Source: Verrucomicrobiota bacterium
GTDB lineage: Bacteria; Verrucomicrobiota; Verrucomicrobiia; Limisphaerales; AAA164-E04
Assembly: GCA_047947115.1 (NCBI GenBank)
Contig: CP170459.1
Coordinates: 768,001-832,000 of the forward strand
DNA: 64,000 nt
Reading direction: 5' to 3'
Shown here: positions 1 through 8,892 of the stretch, one piece after another
Layout: the number at the start of each line of letters is the position of its first letter
Position numbering within the stretch: the first letter of the stretch is position 1
Position numbers and translations under genes: made by a program
The notes under the pieces: model-generated
The model's input: the letters and a program-made list of their open reading frames with translations, nothing else
The model's database searches: none
What the model was told of the DNA's origin: nothing

Positions 1-1014
1 CAGTGGAGTCCCGGTTCCCAACAAGGGATTCGTCACAGGATGCGGCGCCAGATTACCCACAAGCAACTCGCTGCCGGAAAAAGTCCTCTCATCTTCAACC
101 ACATTTTGCCCCACAGAAATCCGCCAGGATCTCAACCAGTTCTCCAGCCCGGTCACCCTGCCAACGGCCTTGAAATTGAAACCAATCAAAACACGACCGC
201 CCCCTCGCACATATTGATCCAGATGATGCAACTCTTCCGGTGCCCATTGCTGGACCGACCCGGCAATGATCAAGGCCGCAACATCGTCCGGAATCGCTCC
301 CTGTTCCCTTATGTTCCAGCTCTTGACCGCAAGGTTCTTTTCTTCCAGTGCATACTTCAAGGAAGCATACCCATCCAGGTCCTGGCTCTCCAGATCATGC
401 TCGTCGTGACCTTGCACGCAATAAACCACCGGAGTGTTACCCTCGACCAGATTCATCATCGCAGACGTAAACAACATCTCCCCCTTGAACCCCACCGCCT
501 TCATCATGAGCTGTCCCCCCTCATCCACATGCGTGGTGGTGTAATCGATCAACTCCTTAACAGACACCACCCGGTGACGCCCCTCCATTGCGAACAAAAC
601 ACTCTCGTGCTCCTGATCGTTCAGGAGTTCGAATTGTTTGCGGATCGTACGCGCTTTGTCGACTTGACGCAGGTAATCCACCACCTCCACCTGAATGTTC
701 GAATTGGCATGACGATATTCGTTGAGCAACCCCATGATGCTCGCATGGGGCGTGTCGCGTTCGTCCGGATCATGAAACACCACCACCCGCACCTCATTGG
801 TCAGTGACCGCACCCAGGATTCGGTCAAAGGTGACAGCATGACCGCCGGATCCTTATGCCAAAGAAATCGCCAGGGATGCTGGATCACCAGATAATTCAC
901 ACAAACAGCCATCCAGACAATGGCGACACCCGCCAACACAAAATCCAACCAGAAAGCGCTCCCCGTGAGAAGGCCTCGGCGTGACAGATTGGATGGTTTG
1001 TCGGAAGGTTGCAT
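1..1014 (-). CDS. GldG-like ABC transporter auxiliary component (3' end runs off the window)
   Basis: Manual translation from ATG at 1014: MQPSDKPSNLSRR...TM helix...EVRVVVFHDP...NIQVEVVDYLR...FKGEMLFTSAMMNL...VYCVQGHDEHDL...IPDDVAALIIAG...YVRGGGRVLI. This is a typical GldG/ABC_transp_aux layout and follows gldF-like and gldA-like genes. Not in the ORF track because there is no stop in the window. Confidence 0.8.
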   Translation of the reverse strand, partial: MQPSDKPSNLSRRGLLTGSAFWLDFVLAGVAIVWMAVCVNYLVIQHPWRFLWHKDPAVMLSPLTESWVRSLTNEVRVVVFHDPDERDTPHASIMGLLNEYRHANSNIQVEVVDYLRQVDKARTIRKQFELLNDQEHESVLFAMEGRHRVVSVKELIDYTTTHVDEGGQLMMKAVGFKGEMLFTSAMMNLVEGNTPVVYCVQGHDEHDLESQDLDGYASLKYALEEKNLAVKSWNIREQGAIPDDVAALIIAGSVQQWAPEELHHLDQYVRGGGRVLIGFNFKAVGRVTGLENWLRSWRISVGQNVVEDERTFSGSELLVGNLAPHPVTNPLLGTGTPL

Positions 1015-1023
1015 TGAACAAAT

Positions 1024-1782
1024 CTATTTTCGGCTTTCCACCATTCTCCAGGTCAGGAACAGGAACAACCCGGTCAGGGACATATAAAACGTCAAATGCC
1101 TGGCATCAATCACACCTCGAACAAAGTCGGTCATATGATCGAACAGACTGATGTGACCAAAAAAAGCCGCCTGCCAACCGGATTGATCAGGGATGATCTC
1201 AATCACGAAACTCAACATGAACAAAACCATCTCCAAAGTCAGACCGATCATGGCCGCGATAAGCTGACTCTTGGTACAAACCGAAGCCAGAGATCCCATT
1301 GACAAAAACAAGCCCCCAACCAGCAATACCCCAAGCATTGTTCCCCCGATGATCCCTGCATCCAGATATCCTGGATCATTAAAAAACTGTCCCAGCCAAA
1401 CCATCAACCCCCACAAGGGAATCCACATCAACCCATAAAAAGTCCAACTCGCGAAAAACTTTGAAAAAACCACCTGCACATTGCTGACGGGAGTCGTCAT
1501 CAATGCCTCGTAGGTGCCCGTCGATTTTTCAAAAGCAAAACTGCGCATGGTAATCGCAGGGCAGGCCAGCAAGACAATGAACCAAAAGAAAGGTGTACTG
1601 TAGAAGGCCTCGGTCAAAGGAGCATCCATGGCCCGACCATTGTAGGCCAGGATGACCGTGAGGAGACTCAGGCCAATGAGGAACATCACCATGCTCAGGA
1701 TAACGTATCCCGTCAGAGTGGTTAGATAAAACCCAAGCTCGCGCTTGAGCAATGTTGCAAAAATCCTCATGTTATCAATCAC
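1024..1782 (-). CDS. ABC-2 type transporter permease (GldF-like)
   Basis: Multiple TM helices; motifs KRELGFYL and TMRSFAFEKSTGTYEALMTTPV..VVFSKF; overlaps the ATPase gene. Confidence 0.85.
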   Translation of the reverse strand: MIDNMRIFATLLKRELGFYLTTLTGYVILSMVMFLIGLSLLTVILAYNGRAMDAPLTEAFYSTPFFWFIVLLACPAITMRSFAFEKSTGTYEALMTTPVSNVQVVFSKFFASWTFYGLMWIPLWGLMVWLGQFFNDPGYLDAGIIGGTMLGVLLVGGLFLSMGSLASVCTKSQLIAAMIGLTLEMVLFMLSFVIEIIPDQSGWQAAFFGHISLFDHMTDFVRGVIDARHLTFYMSLTGLFLFLTWRMVESRK

Positions 1783-2725
1783 CTAAAGGTCCATGACCCG
1801 ATCGGGTCAACTGCACAAACAAATCCTCCAGAGTCGGCTGCCGATGTGTGAGCTCACGAAGCGTCCAACCGCGTCGTTTGACTTCCTCAAACAACAAAGG
1901 CCGCAAATCCACACCATCACTCGAAGTCAGCGTACACTCCAAAAACCCGCGCCCAAGATCCTTGATCTTATGATCTGCCACTGACGGCATGGCCTGTAAC
2001 GCATGCGCCAAAGCTTCCCACGGAGCGGCCACCTCCGCCACCACATGAGTCAGACTCCCCATACGCTGATGAATCTTCTCCTTGGAATCATCCGCCAGCA
2101 GCTTCCCGGTGTGTAAAATCAGGATTCGATCACAAAGAATCTCAACTTCGGAAAGGATATGAGTCGAAAGCAACACCGTATGATTCTCCGCCAACGATGC
2201 AATCAACTTCCGAAACAAGCGAACCTGATGCGGATCCAAGCCAATCGTCGGTTCGTCCAGTATAATCACCTCCGGCTGATGCAGAATGGCGTCGGCCACC
2301 CCCACACGTTGACGATACCCCTTGGACATCTGACCAATAATTTTGCGCCGCACCTTGGACAAATCGCATAACTCCAGCACCTCGCCCAGACGTTTTCGCA
2401 GACGATCCCCATGCACTCCCTTCAACCCGGCCCGAAAACGAAGGTATTCCTCCACCCGCATGTCCAAGTGCAAGGGATTGTTCTCGGGCATGTAACCAAT
2501 CCGTTTACGCACCTCCATCGGTTTGCGATCAATATCATAACCCGCAATCCGCACCTTCCCCGAAGTAGGCGGCATGAAAGTGGACATGATGCGCATGGTC
2601 GTGCTCTTACCAGCGCCATTAGGCCCCAGAAACCCGACAACCTGCCCTCGCTTCACCGAAAACGAAAGCTCGCGCAGGGCCGTATGCCCCGCATAGCGCT
2701 TGGTCAAATGTTCCACCTGTATCAT
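1775..2725 (-). CDS. ABC transporter ATP-binding protein (GldA-like)
   Basis: Walker A GPNGAGKST, signature MSKGYRQR, Walker B IILDEPT, H-loop STH; start taken at MIQVEHL (ATG 2725). Confidence 0.9.
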   Translation of the reverse strand: MIQVEHLTKRYAGHTALRELSFSVKRGQVVGFLGPNGAGKSTTMRIMSTFMPPTSGKVRIAGYDIDRKPMEVRKRIGYMPENNPLHLDMRVEEYLRFRAGLKGVHGDRLRKRLGEVLELCDLSKVRRKIIGQMSKGYRQRVGVADAILHQPEVIILDEPTIGLDPHQVRLFRKLIASLAENHTVLLSTHILSEVEILCDRILILHTGKLLADDSKEKIHQRMGSLTHVVAEVAAPWEALAHALQAMPSVADHKIKDLGRGFLECTLTSSDGVDLRPLLFEEVKRRGWTLRELTHRQPTLEDLFVQLTRSGHGPLGD

Positions 2726-2881
2726 GTCAAATCCGATGCATTCCCAGACCTTTGAACCCAAAGGTGGGATGAACGTTCATTCTGCTGCCAGAACAAACCC
2801 CAGGCCAAGGAAAAATGTAAGGCAGGAGGTTCACTCCAACCTGGAAACACATCTACATTCTAGACTGCGAAACAAATTTAA

Positions 2882-5800
2882 TTAAGGAACACTGAGTTCT
2901 GAAAGATCGGTTTGCAGGGCCCCATTTGGCATCAGGGGTGAACAATCGGATGTGGCGTTCAATTCGGCGGCGCGAACACGGGCACGGTGTACCACGTGCG
3001 TGACACCCCGCACGCTGAGCAAACTGGGTTTCACGATATTTTCCATGGAAAGAAGCGAGTAAGGACAATTGGCACAACTCCCGACGAAACGGATGACAAC
3101 CTCACCCTTCTCCTCATTGATGTCCAACACTTCCAACTTGCCGCCATCATTGTTCAGAATGGGTTCAATCATGGTCTCAACCACTTGCTGCACCCTCCCC
3201 TGCAAGGTGGGCGCTTCCTCGATCTCGGATACGGCAATTTCGGGCTGCTGTTGGGCTAGTGAAAGGGCGGCAATCAATTGGGGGTCCTCGCTGACAGCAT
3301 GCACTCCGAGTTTGCCAAGGGACTCGGCCAACTCCGGTTTGACGCGCTTTTCCACCAGGTATTCACGAAATTTCTTGGGAGCGGCAGGGGCGATGTGAAT
3401 TTTTCCTACATATTCTTTCCAGTCCAGAGGTTCCGGACCAAAGAAATCAAAGTTTTCATCCCCCGACCTGATATATTGAACGATCAATTCACCCAGACGA
3501 TCAAAGAACCGATTATGTTGCTGGGTGGTTGCCCCTCTTTTACGGTTGATCACAAAATTGCGCAGGAGTGTCAACTCACGATCACGCGGCAGGATGCCTG
3601 TTTTGACGTCCACTCGCACGGCACGATTTTTCCAGCGATCCACCACCATGATCGAGCTGGATCCGATGGCACGGGAATGGATCAAACGGTCCGAATCAAG
3701 ATCAGCCGGAGATATATCAACAAAGTGGGCAGGCACATCGCCGGCGCAGGGTATCGCAATCCCCGACACAAAGGCCAACCGTTCACGCTCCACCTTGGCA
3801 CCAGTGCCAAACAGCATTTCAATACCGCGCTTGATGGCGACAAACAACTGAATGGCCACAATCTCTTCCTTGAATTCCAATATGGAGCTTTTGTGGGCGG
3901 ACAGGAGACTGGCCACCACTTCCTTTCCGTCTTCATCAACCAACACGATGCCCCCCGTAAGATCCGACAGAAGCGTATGCAATGCGGACTGGAAATCCAA
4001 CCGTCTCAGCAAAGGCAACAAGAAGCTTAATAACCGCCACCTGTCATTTGAATCCAACTCCCCAAGAACCTGACACCCCTGCTTGCGGTAATCCTTTGAG
4101 GTAACATATCGCTGAATAAAAGCCATAAATGCCCCGATAGCCGCGGCAAGTCCGGGATCGGATCCGGCATTTGAAAGCCGAATGACATCTTCCGCCGGCC
4201 AGGGATGTCTGGGGGGATACACCTGCTGGGTTTCCGCCCACTTTTCGTCCAATGGAAAATGTTTACGGTAATCCTGATAGATGGTGTCGATCAGACTCTT
4301 TAAAATGGCAGTATCCGGTGAGTTCCAAAGCGCTTGCTCAATCGAAGTGAGGGCATGCAGATTGACAGAGGTGCGCTTGATCAGACTTTGATTTGTAAAT
4401 GCATCGGATTCGACGTAGTCGGTCAAACGATTGATCTCACCCGGAACAAAATCCATGAACACGGCATCCAATGGCGTCCGATCGTTCAATGAAACAATTG
4501 CCACGGCGCTTCCCTGTCCCGAGGACAAGCGCACTGGTTGCCCCTGGCCCACACCTCGGGCGTTGGCAAGATCCGGATGTATTTCCACAAAGTATTCCTC
4601 GGCATCCACCCCATAAATGGGCAGTGTCTTGATCCCTGAATTGTACCTCCCCCGATAAGCCATGCCGTTCATACCGGGACGTCCACGTCCGCTGATCAAC
4701 CGGATGGGGCCGGAAGAAGAGGCTGTCCGTCTGGATGATCCCTCTTTCGGCAGAGGCGCAACCGAAACCAGGTAATCATCCGGAGGTCTAACCAAGCGCG
4801 CAGGTCCCCGGTCAGGATGCTGAAGCCTCGGGAACACATGCCCATCTGTGGAAGATTTCTGATAACGACCATTTCCCTGCCATTGCACGCCGATACCAGC
4901 CATGTCCCGAAGCATCAAGTGACTGATCGGAAGACCGTTCTGGTCCACCAGCTTGGAATAGAGGTTCAACTTGCCGGATACTTCCACAATATGATCAAAC
5001 ACCTTGGAGGAATCCACATCACCCTGATCATCCACATACTTCGCAAAGGTGCGCTCAACGACATCGGGGGAAAGATCATTCAGCTGAGCCGTGTCCGGAT
5101 CCTGCAGGCGCTTGGCAATGGCCAGAGCCAGTCGGGCGAGAATCTGTTCGTCGGACCAGGCGTTTTCCGGGGGCTCGGTAAGGCGTTGCTGCAATTGTAA
5201 GGTCCGATCACCGCGCTGAATCACACCCGTACGTTCGGTATAAGTCATGGACGGCAACAGCACATCCGCCCACTCCAGCACTCCATCCGCGAGAAAGGGA
5301 TCAATGACCACATTGAAAGCGCGTCCCATGCGCCGCATCCAGTGCCCCAGTCTCGGCATGTTTTTGGTCATCTGCGTTCCGACAAAAAGGAACCAGTACA
5401 ATCGGTCATCTTCACACATGTGCGAAACCGGGGTTCCCTTTCCGGAAGGGATATTACTGATGGGAAGATCCAGAGCGTCAGCCAAAGCCTCACGATGTTC
5501 TTCACAATGGGGGTCCATGTTAAACAGAAGCCTTCTGGAATTGAAGCCCATCATGAGTTCACTTGTCGCATTGGACTGTCCGGCAATACGCAGCGATCCG
5601 GCCCCCTTTCGTCCGACATTGCCGGTGAGCAACAGCAGATTCAAATTCGTCGAAAAACCATAAGATCCCGTACTCTGATTAATCCCCATGCTGGAAACAA
5701 AGGCAACTTTGGGACGTTGACCGGAGGAATGATCTGATGGCCGTGATATTAAGGCCGCATAATCGCGGATCACTTTCTCGAGATGCGCAGGATCGTCACC

Positions 5801-6805
5801 TGTCGCCACAATACTGTGTGCCACGCTTGAAGGTTCACAACGATCTTCCATGACCAATTCACGAAAGGCCTGCAAACTTTCAATGTCCACCACACGTTGC
5901 AAATATTCCCTGTCTTCCCACCCCTCCTCAAGAATCACGCGACTGACTGCCAGATTGAACAAGACATCACAACCTTGCTGAAAACGAATGTGAAGCGTTC
6001 GTTCGTCACAGGCCTTCAAATCAGAAACCGTGTCGGTTGCAACCGGATCAATCACCACCTTGATGGGATGCGGATTACGTTTCAACTTTTCGTAAGCTTG
6101 GGGAAATGTGATGTAAGGATTCGTTCCATGAAGTACCGCAATGTCACAAAAGTCCAATTCTTCAAATTCCTGCCAGGTGAATGAAGCTTCATTCCCAAAA
6201 TTCAATTCATGGGCAGCTCCTGCACTGGCAAGGCAATGCTCGGAATTGGCCCCAATCGTGGGCATTTTAAATACAAGTTTGTAAAGGGAAGCCATCCAGA
6301 TGGCCTCAAGAGTTTTCTGGCCATTTCCATACAATCCCACCGCGTCCGGGCCCACCCATTCTCGCGCATGTAAAAACAACCATGCCGCCCGATCCAAGGC
6401 TTTTTCCCAGGAAACCGGGTGCATCTTTCCGTCATGCCCCCGAATCATGGGTGAGGTGATCCGGTCGTCGGGCAGTTTCCTTTTCTCGAGACGCTGCCGA
6501 CGCTCGGTCAATCCTCCAGTCATAAGGGAAGTTTTCCCTTTGATACAAAGTCCAAGAGCACTCATGGGCACCACAACAGGACGCCCCTTCTTATCAGCTT
6601 CTACCGCATAAGGACAACCCACGCCGCAATAACTGCAAACACTTGATTGTGAGGTAAGGCGATCAAATCTCTCCCTGGCGGCCGGTAATGCACGCAATTG
6701 GGCATCCTGCCTGAAATGACGCACGAACTTCCAGGCTTCCATATTAATTGGTTCGGGAGTTTTCGCTTTTTGAGCAGTGCGCATGGCTTGATTTTTTGAA
6801 TTCAT
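2882..6805 (-). CDS. Molybdopterin (Mo/W-bisPGD) oxidoreductase, NasA/NapA/FdhF superfamily, with an unknown middle domain and a C-terminal NifU/NfuA domain
   Basis: [4Fe-4S] motif CSYCGVGC...LCIKG; SWEKALD; Cys-ligand region NSEHCLASA; HGTNP; MGINQS; ADVLLPS..YTERTG...DRTLQ; Molydop_binding domain (VEIHPDLA..GV.QGQPVRLSS.QG); C-terminal IEPILNNDGGKLEVLDI...VIRFVGSCANCPYS. AAGGAG RBS upstream of ATG 6805. Confidence 0.88.
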   Translation of the reverse strand: MNSKNQAMRTAQKAKTPEPINMEAWKFVRHFRQDAQLRALPAARERFDRLTSQSSVCSYCGVGCPYAVEADKKGRPVVVPMSALGLCIKGKTSLMTGGLTERRQRLEKRKLPDDRITSPMIRGHDGKMHPVSWEKALDRAAWLFLHAREWVGPDAVGLYGNGQKTLEAIWMASLYKLVFKMPTIGANSEHCLASAGAAHELNFGNEASFTWQEFEELDFCDIAVLHGTNPYITFPQAYEKLKRNPHPIKVVIDPVATDTVSDLKACDERTLHIRFQQGCDVLFNLAVSRVILEEGWEDREYLQRVVDIESLQAFRELVMEDRCEPSSVAHSIVATGDDPAHLEKVIRDYAALISRPSDHSSGQRPKVAFVSSMGINQSTGSYGFSTNLNLLLLTGNVGRKGAGSLRIAGQSNATSELMMGFNSRRLLFNMDPHCEEHREALADALDLPISNIPSGKGTPVSHMCEDDRLYWFLFVGTQMTKNMPRLGHWMRRMGRAFNVVIDPFLADGVLEWADVLLPSMTYTERTGVIQRGDRTLQLQQRLTEPPENAWSDEQILARLALAIAKRLQDPDTAQLNDLSPDVVERTFAKYVDDQGDVDSSKVFDHIVEVSGKLNLYSKLVDQNGLPISHLMLRDMAGIGVQWQGNGRYQKSSTDGHVFPRLQHPDRGPARLVRPPDDYLVSVAPLPKEGSSRRTASSSGPIRLISGRGRPGMNGMAYRGRYNSGIKTLPIYGVDAEEYFVEIHPDLANARGVGQGQPVRLSSGQGSAVAIVSLNDRTPLDAVFMDFVPGEINRLTDYVESDAFTNQSLIKRTSVNLHALTSIEQALWNSPDTAILKSLIDTIYQDYRKHFPLDEKWAETQQVYPPRHPWPAEDVIRLSNAGSDPGLAAAIGAFMAFIQRYVTSKDYRKQGCQVLGELDSNDRWRLLSFLLPLLRRLDFQSALHTLLSDLTGGIVLVDEDGKEVVASLLSAHKSSILEFKEEIVAIQLFVAIKRGIEMLFGTGAKVERERLAFVSGIAIPCAGDVPAHFVDISPADLDSDRLIHSRAIGSSSIMVVDRWKNRAVRVDVKTGILPRDRELTLLRNFVINRKRGATTQQHNRFFDRLGELIVQYIRSGDENFDFFGPEPLDWKEYVGKIHIAPAAPKKFREYLVEKRVKPELAESLGKLGVHAVSEDPQLIAALSLAQQQPEIAVSEIEEAPTLQGRVQQVVETMIEPILNNDGGKLEVLDINEEKGEVVIRFVGSCANCPYSLLSMENIVKPSLLSVRGVTHVVHRARVRAAELNATSDCSPLMPNGALQTDLSELSVP

Positions 6806-6892
6806 TGTGCTGGTCTCCTTGGCTTGATTGATCCTGGCAGAGTAGGAAATCATCACTTCCAGATACAAGATATAAAGTTCGAAAATCCGACA

Positions 6893-7882
6893 AGTCGCCT
6901 TTGAAGTCGCCTTTGGGGTCACGTCTCGACATTCAACATTTGGCAAATCGTATCCATTTGCTTTTTCAACCGTCTTTCAGTTTGGATCTTTTTGTTAAAA
7001 CGCCGTATCCCAGCACTGACACTTGAATAGTCCATGTCCCCCACCTTTTCCCCTAACTCAGCCTGGGTTAATCCACAATATCGATGCGCAAGCCATAGCA
7101 ACATCCACTTACCCAAATCACCATGCCTCCCTACCCAATCACGCATCGGTTCAGTTTTGTGTTCTTCCAATACTTCAATGACTTTTTCTAATGGAACAGT
7201 TCTTTTGAAACGAAACCGCCCCTCGTATTCACGCGCATTATTCGGATCTACATAGGATTTGATCTTTTCCAGGAATTCCGCTGAACCGACTGCTATCTGT
7301 TCCTTGAATTGTTCAAACGTAGTTTCCTGGATTCCCCGACGCACCTGATCCTTGGTCATCTCACGATAACGTAGATGCCTATCTCTGAGTCGCCTTTGAA
7401 GTCGCCTTTGGGGTCACGTCTCGACATTCAACATTTGGCAAATCGTATCCATTTGCTTTTTCAACCGTCTTTCAGTTTGGATCTTTTTGTTAAAACGCCG
7501 TATCCCAGCACTGACACTTGAATAGTCCATGTCCCCCACCTTTTCCCCTAACTCAGCCTGGGTTAATCCACAATATCGATGCGCAAGCCATAGCAACATC
7601 CACTTACCCAAATCACCATGCCTCCCTACCCAATCACGCATCGGTTCAGTTTTGTGTTCTTCCAATACTTCAATGACTTTTTCTAATGGAACAGTTCTTT
7701 TGAAACGAAACCGCCCCTCGTATTCACGCGCATTATTCGGATCTACATAGGATTTGATCTTTTCCAGGAATTCCGCTGAACCGACTGCTATCTGTTCCTT
7801 GAATTGTTCAAACGTAGTTTCCTGGATTCCCCGACGCACCTGATCCTTGGTCATCTCACGATAACGTAGATGCCTATCTCTG
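6893..7882. repeat. 495-bp tandem direct duplication (6893-7387 = 7388-7882) of the transposase 3' end plus its inverted repeat
   Basis: Both copies begin AGTCGCCTTTGAAGTCGCCTTTGGGGTCACG and end ...GATGCCTATCTCTG; ORFs 6919-7359 and the end of 7414-8469 give identical peptides. Confidence 0.95.
6919..7359 (-). pseudogene. Duplicated C-terminal fragment (HTH only) of the Y1/RAYT transposase
   Basis: Identical to the last 146 aa of the transposase; lacks the HUH and catalytic Tyr region. Confidence 0.8.
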
Positions 7883-8531
7883 TGACTTTTTCCTGCAGCA
7901 TCCAATACTTTTGACGTCTGCAACCAATCCGGAGCACTGCCATAGCCTGCATAGCATCTAAAGGAACTCCACCGGTAGGTCCTTAGAGCCTTTAGCCTGA
8001 CGCTGACTTCTTCTGGCGTGGGTGGAGCAACGAGTCCCATCCCCTCGTCTTTATTTCTTCGTTTACCCAACCCAAAAGTCTCAGTCCGCACCGGATTGAG
8101 ATGGATGTAAAACGTCAACTGCCACAACCAGTCCTCCGCATCTACTGGCAAACTTTTAAAACGTCCTTGGAACAGTGGTCCAACACGTTGGTGCTTTCGA
8201 TTGAACCAGGTGCTGTAAGATTGCCCAAGCCACTTCATCCCTTCACTCAAATTCCCAAGTGGCGTACACACTGCCAGATGATAGTGGTTATCCATCAAAC
8301 AATATGCGTGAACTTCTATTCCGTATCGCTCCAGCAACAACCCCATCAACTCAACAAAATGAGACCGATCACGATCACCTAGAAAGATCTCCCTGCGCTC
8401 AATACCACGGTTCATCACATGATACCAACCACCAGCTTGATTCACTCTTAACGGTCTGGCCATGCACACATACTACCCAACATGTCTTAAAAATCCAACT
8501 CAAATGTCGAATGTCGAGACGTGACCCCAAA
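7407..8531 (-). mobile_element. Y1/RAYT transposase element bounded by 31-bp inverted repeats
   Basis: 7407-7437 TTTGGGGTCACGTCTCGACATTCAACATTTG matches the reverse complement of 8501-8531 at 30/31 positions; a third copy is at 6912-6942. Confidence 0.8.
7414..8463 (-). CDS. REP-associated tyrosine transposase (Y1_Tnp/IS200-like HUH) with C-terminal DnaA-C-like HTH
   Basis: MARPLR..GWYHVMNRG; HUH motif AYCLMDNHYHL; GPLFQGRFKS; YIHLNPVR; YRWSS; C-terminal LTQAELGEKVGDMDYSSV HTH. Confidence 0.92.
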   Translation of the reverse strand: MARPLRVNQAGGWYHVMNRGIERREIFLGDRDRSHFVELMGLLLERYGIEVHAYCLMDNHYHLAVCTPLGNLSEGMKWLGQSYSTWFNRKHQRVGPLFQGRFKSLPVDAEDWLWQLTFYIHLNPVRTETFGLGKRRNKDEGMGLVAPPTPEEVSVRLKALRTYRWSSFRCYAGYGSAPDWLQTSKVLDAAGKSHRDRHLRYREMTKDQVRRGIQETTFEQFKEQIAVGSAEFLEKIKSYVDPNNAREYEGRFRFKRTVPLEKVIEVLEEHKTEPMRDWVGRHGDLGKWMLLWLAHRYCGLTQAELGEKVGDMDYSSVSAGIRRFNKKIQTERRLKKQMDTICQMLNVET

Positions 8532-8762
8532 ACACATATGATGCCATTTGTGCTTTTCTTCAATTTCAGGATTAATTGTAGTAAGCCAAGTGGGTATTTT
8601 GGGATTCAGTGGTGGCAGGGTAGCTCCAGCGAGACCAGTTCTATCTATTCTACTGATGCTATTGTTATTTACGAATCCGTAAACATTTAATCCCCCCTTC
8701 TCAGCAATCGGATCCCGATTCAACCACCGCCCGGTCCCGGGGTTGTAATACCTGAAGCCATA
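8532..8762 (-). pseudogene. RHS repeat-associated core/toxin-junction remnant
   Basis: Translates [51 protein letters not shown]... (RHS core with DxxGL cleavage motif). An in-frame stop lies just upstream, and the frame runs into the transposase IR after ~33 codons. Confidence 0.85.
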
Positions 8763-8892
8763 AACTCACACACCCGACGACACCGTAACCGTAATTGCGG
8801 TTTGTTTTCAAAGAACTTTCTTACAACAAATGATTCGTAGTTGTAATTGTGAGGTTAACGTTTGATGTCTGTCGTGCAAAGGATGGAGTTCA

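Noticed and set aside
2882..6805. Gene symbol nasA/napA/fdhF
   Set aside because: The active-site motifs deviate and no pathway partners are nearby, so no symbol was assigned.
6806..6946. N-terminal extension of the 1354-aa ORF ([12 protein letters not shown]...)
   Set aside because: It derives from the transposase IR and intergenic DNA; a good AAGGAG RBS precedes ATG 6805.
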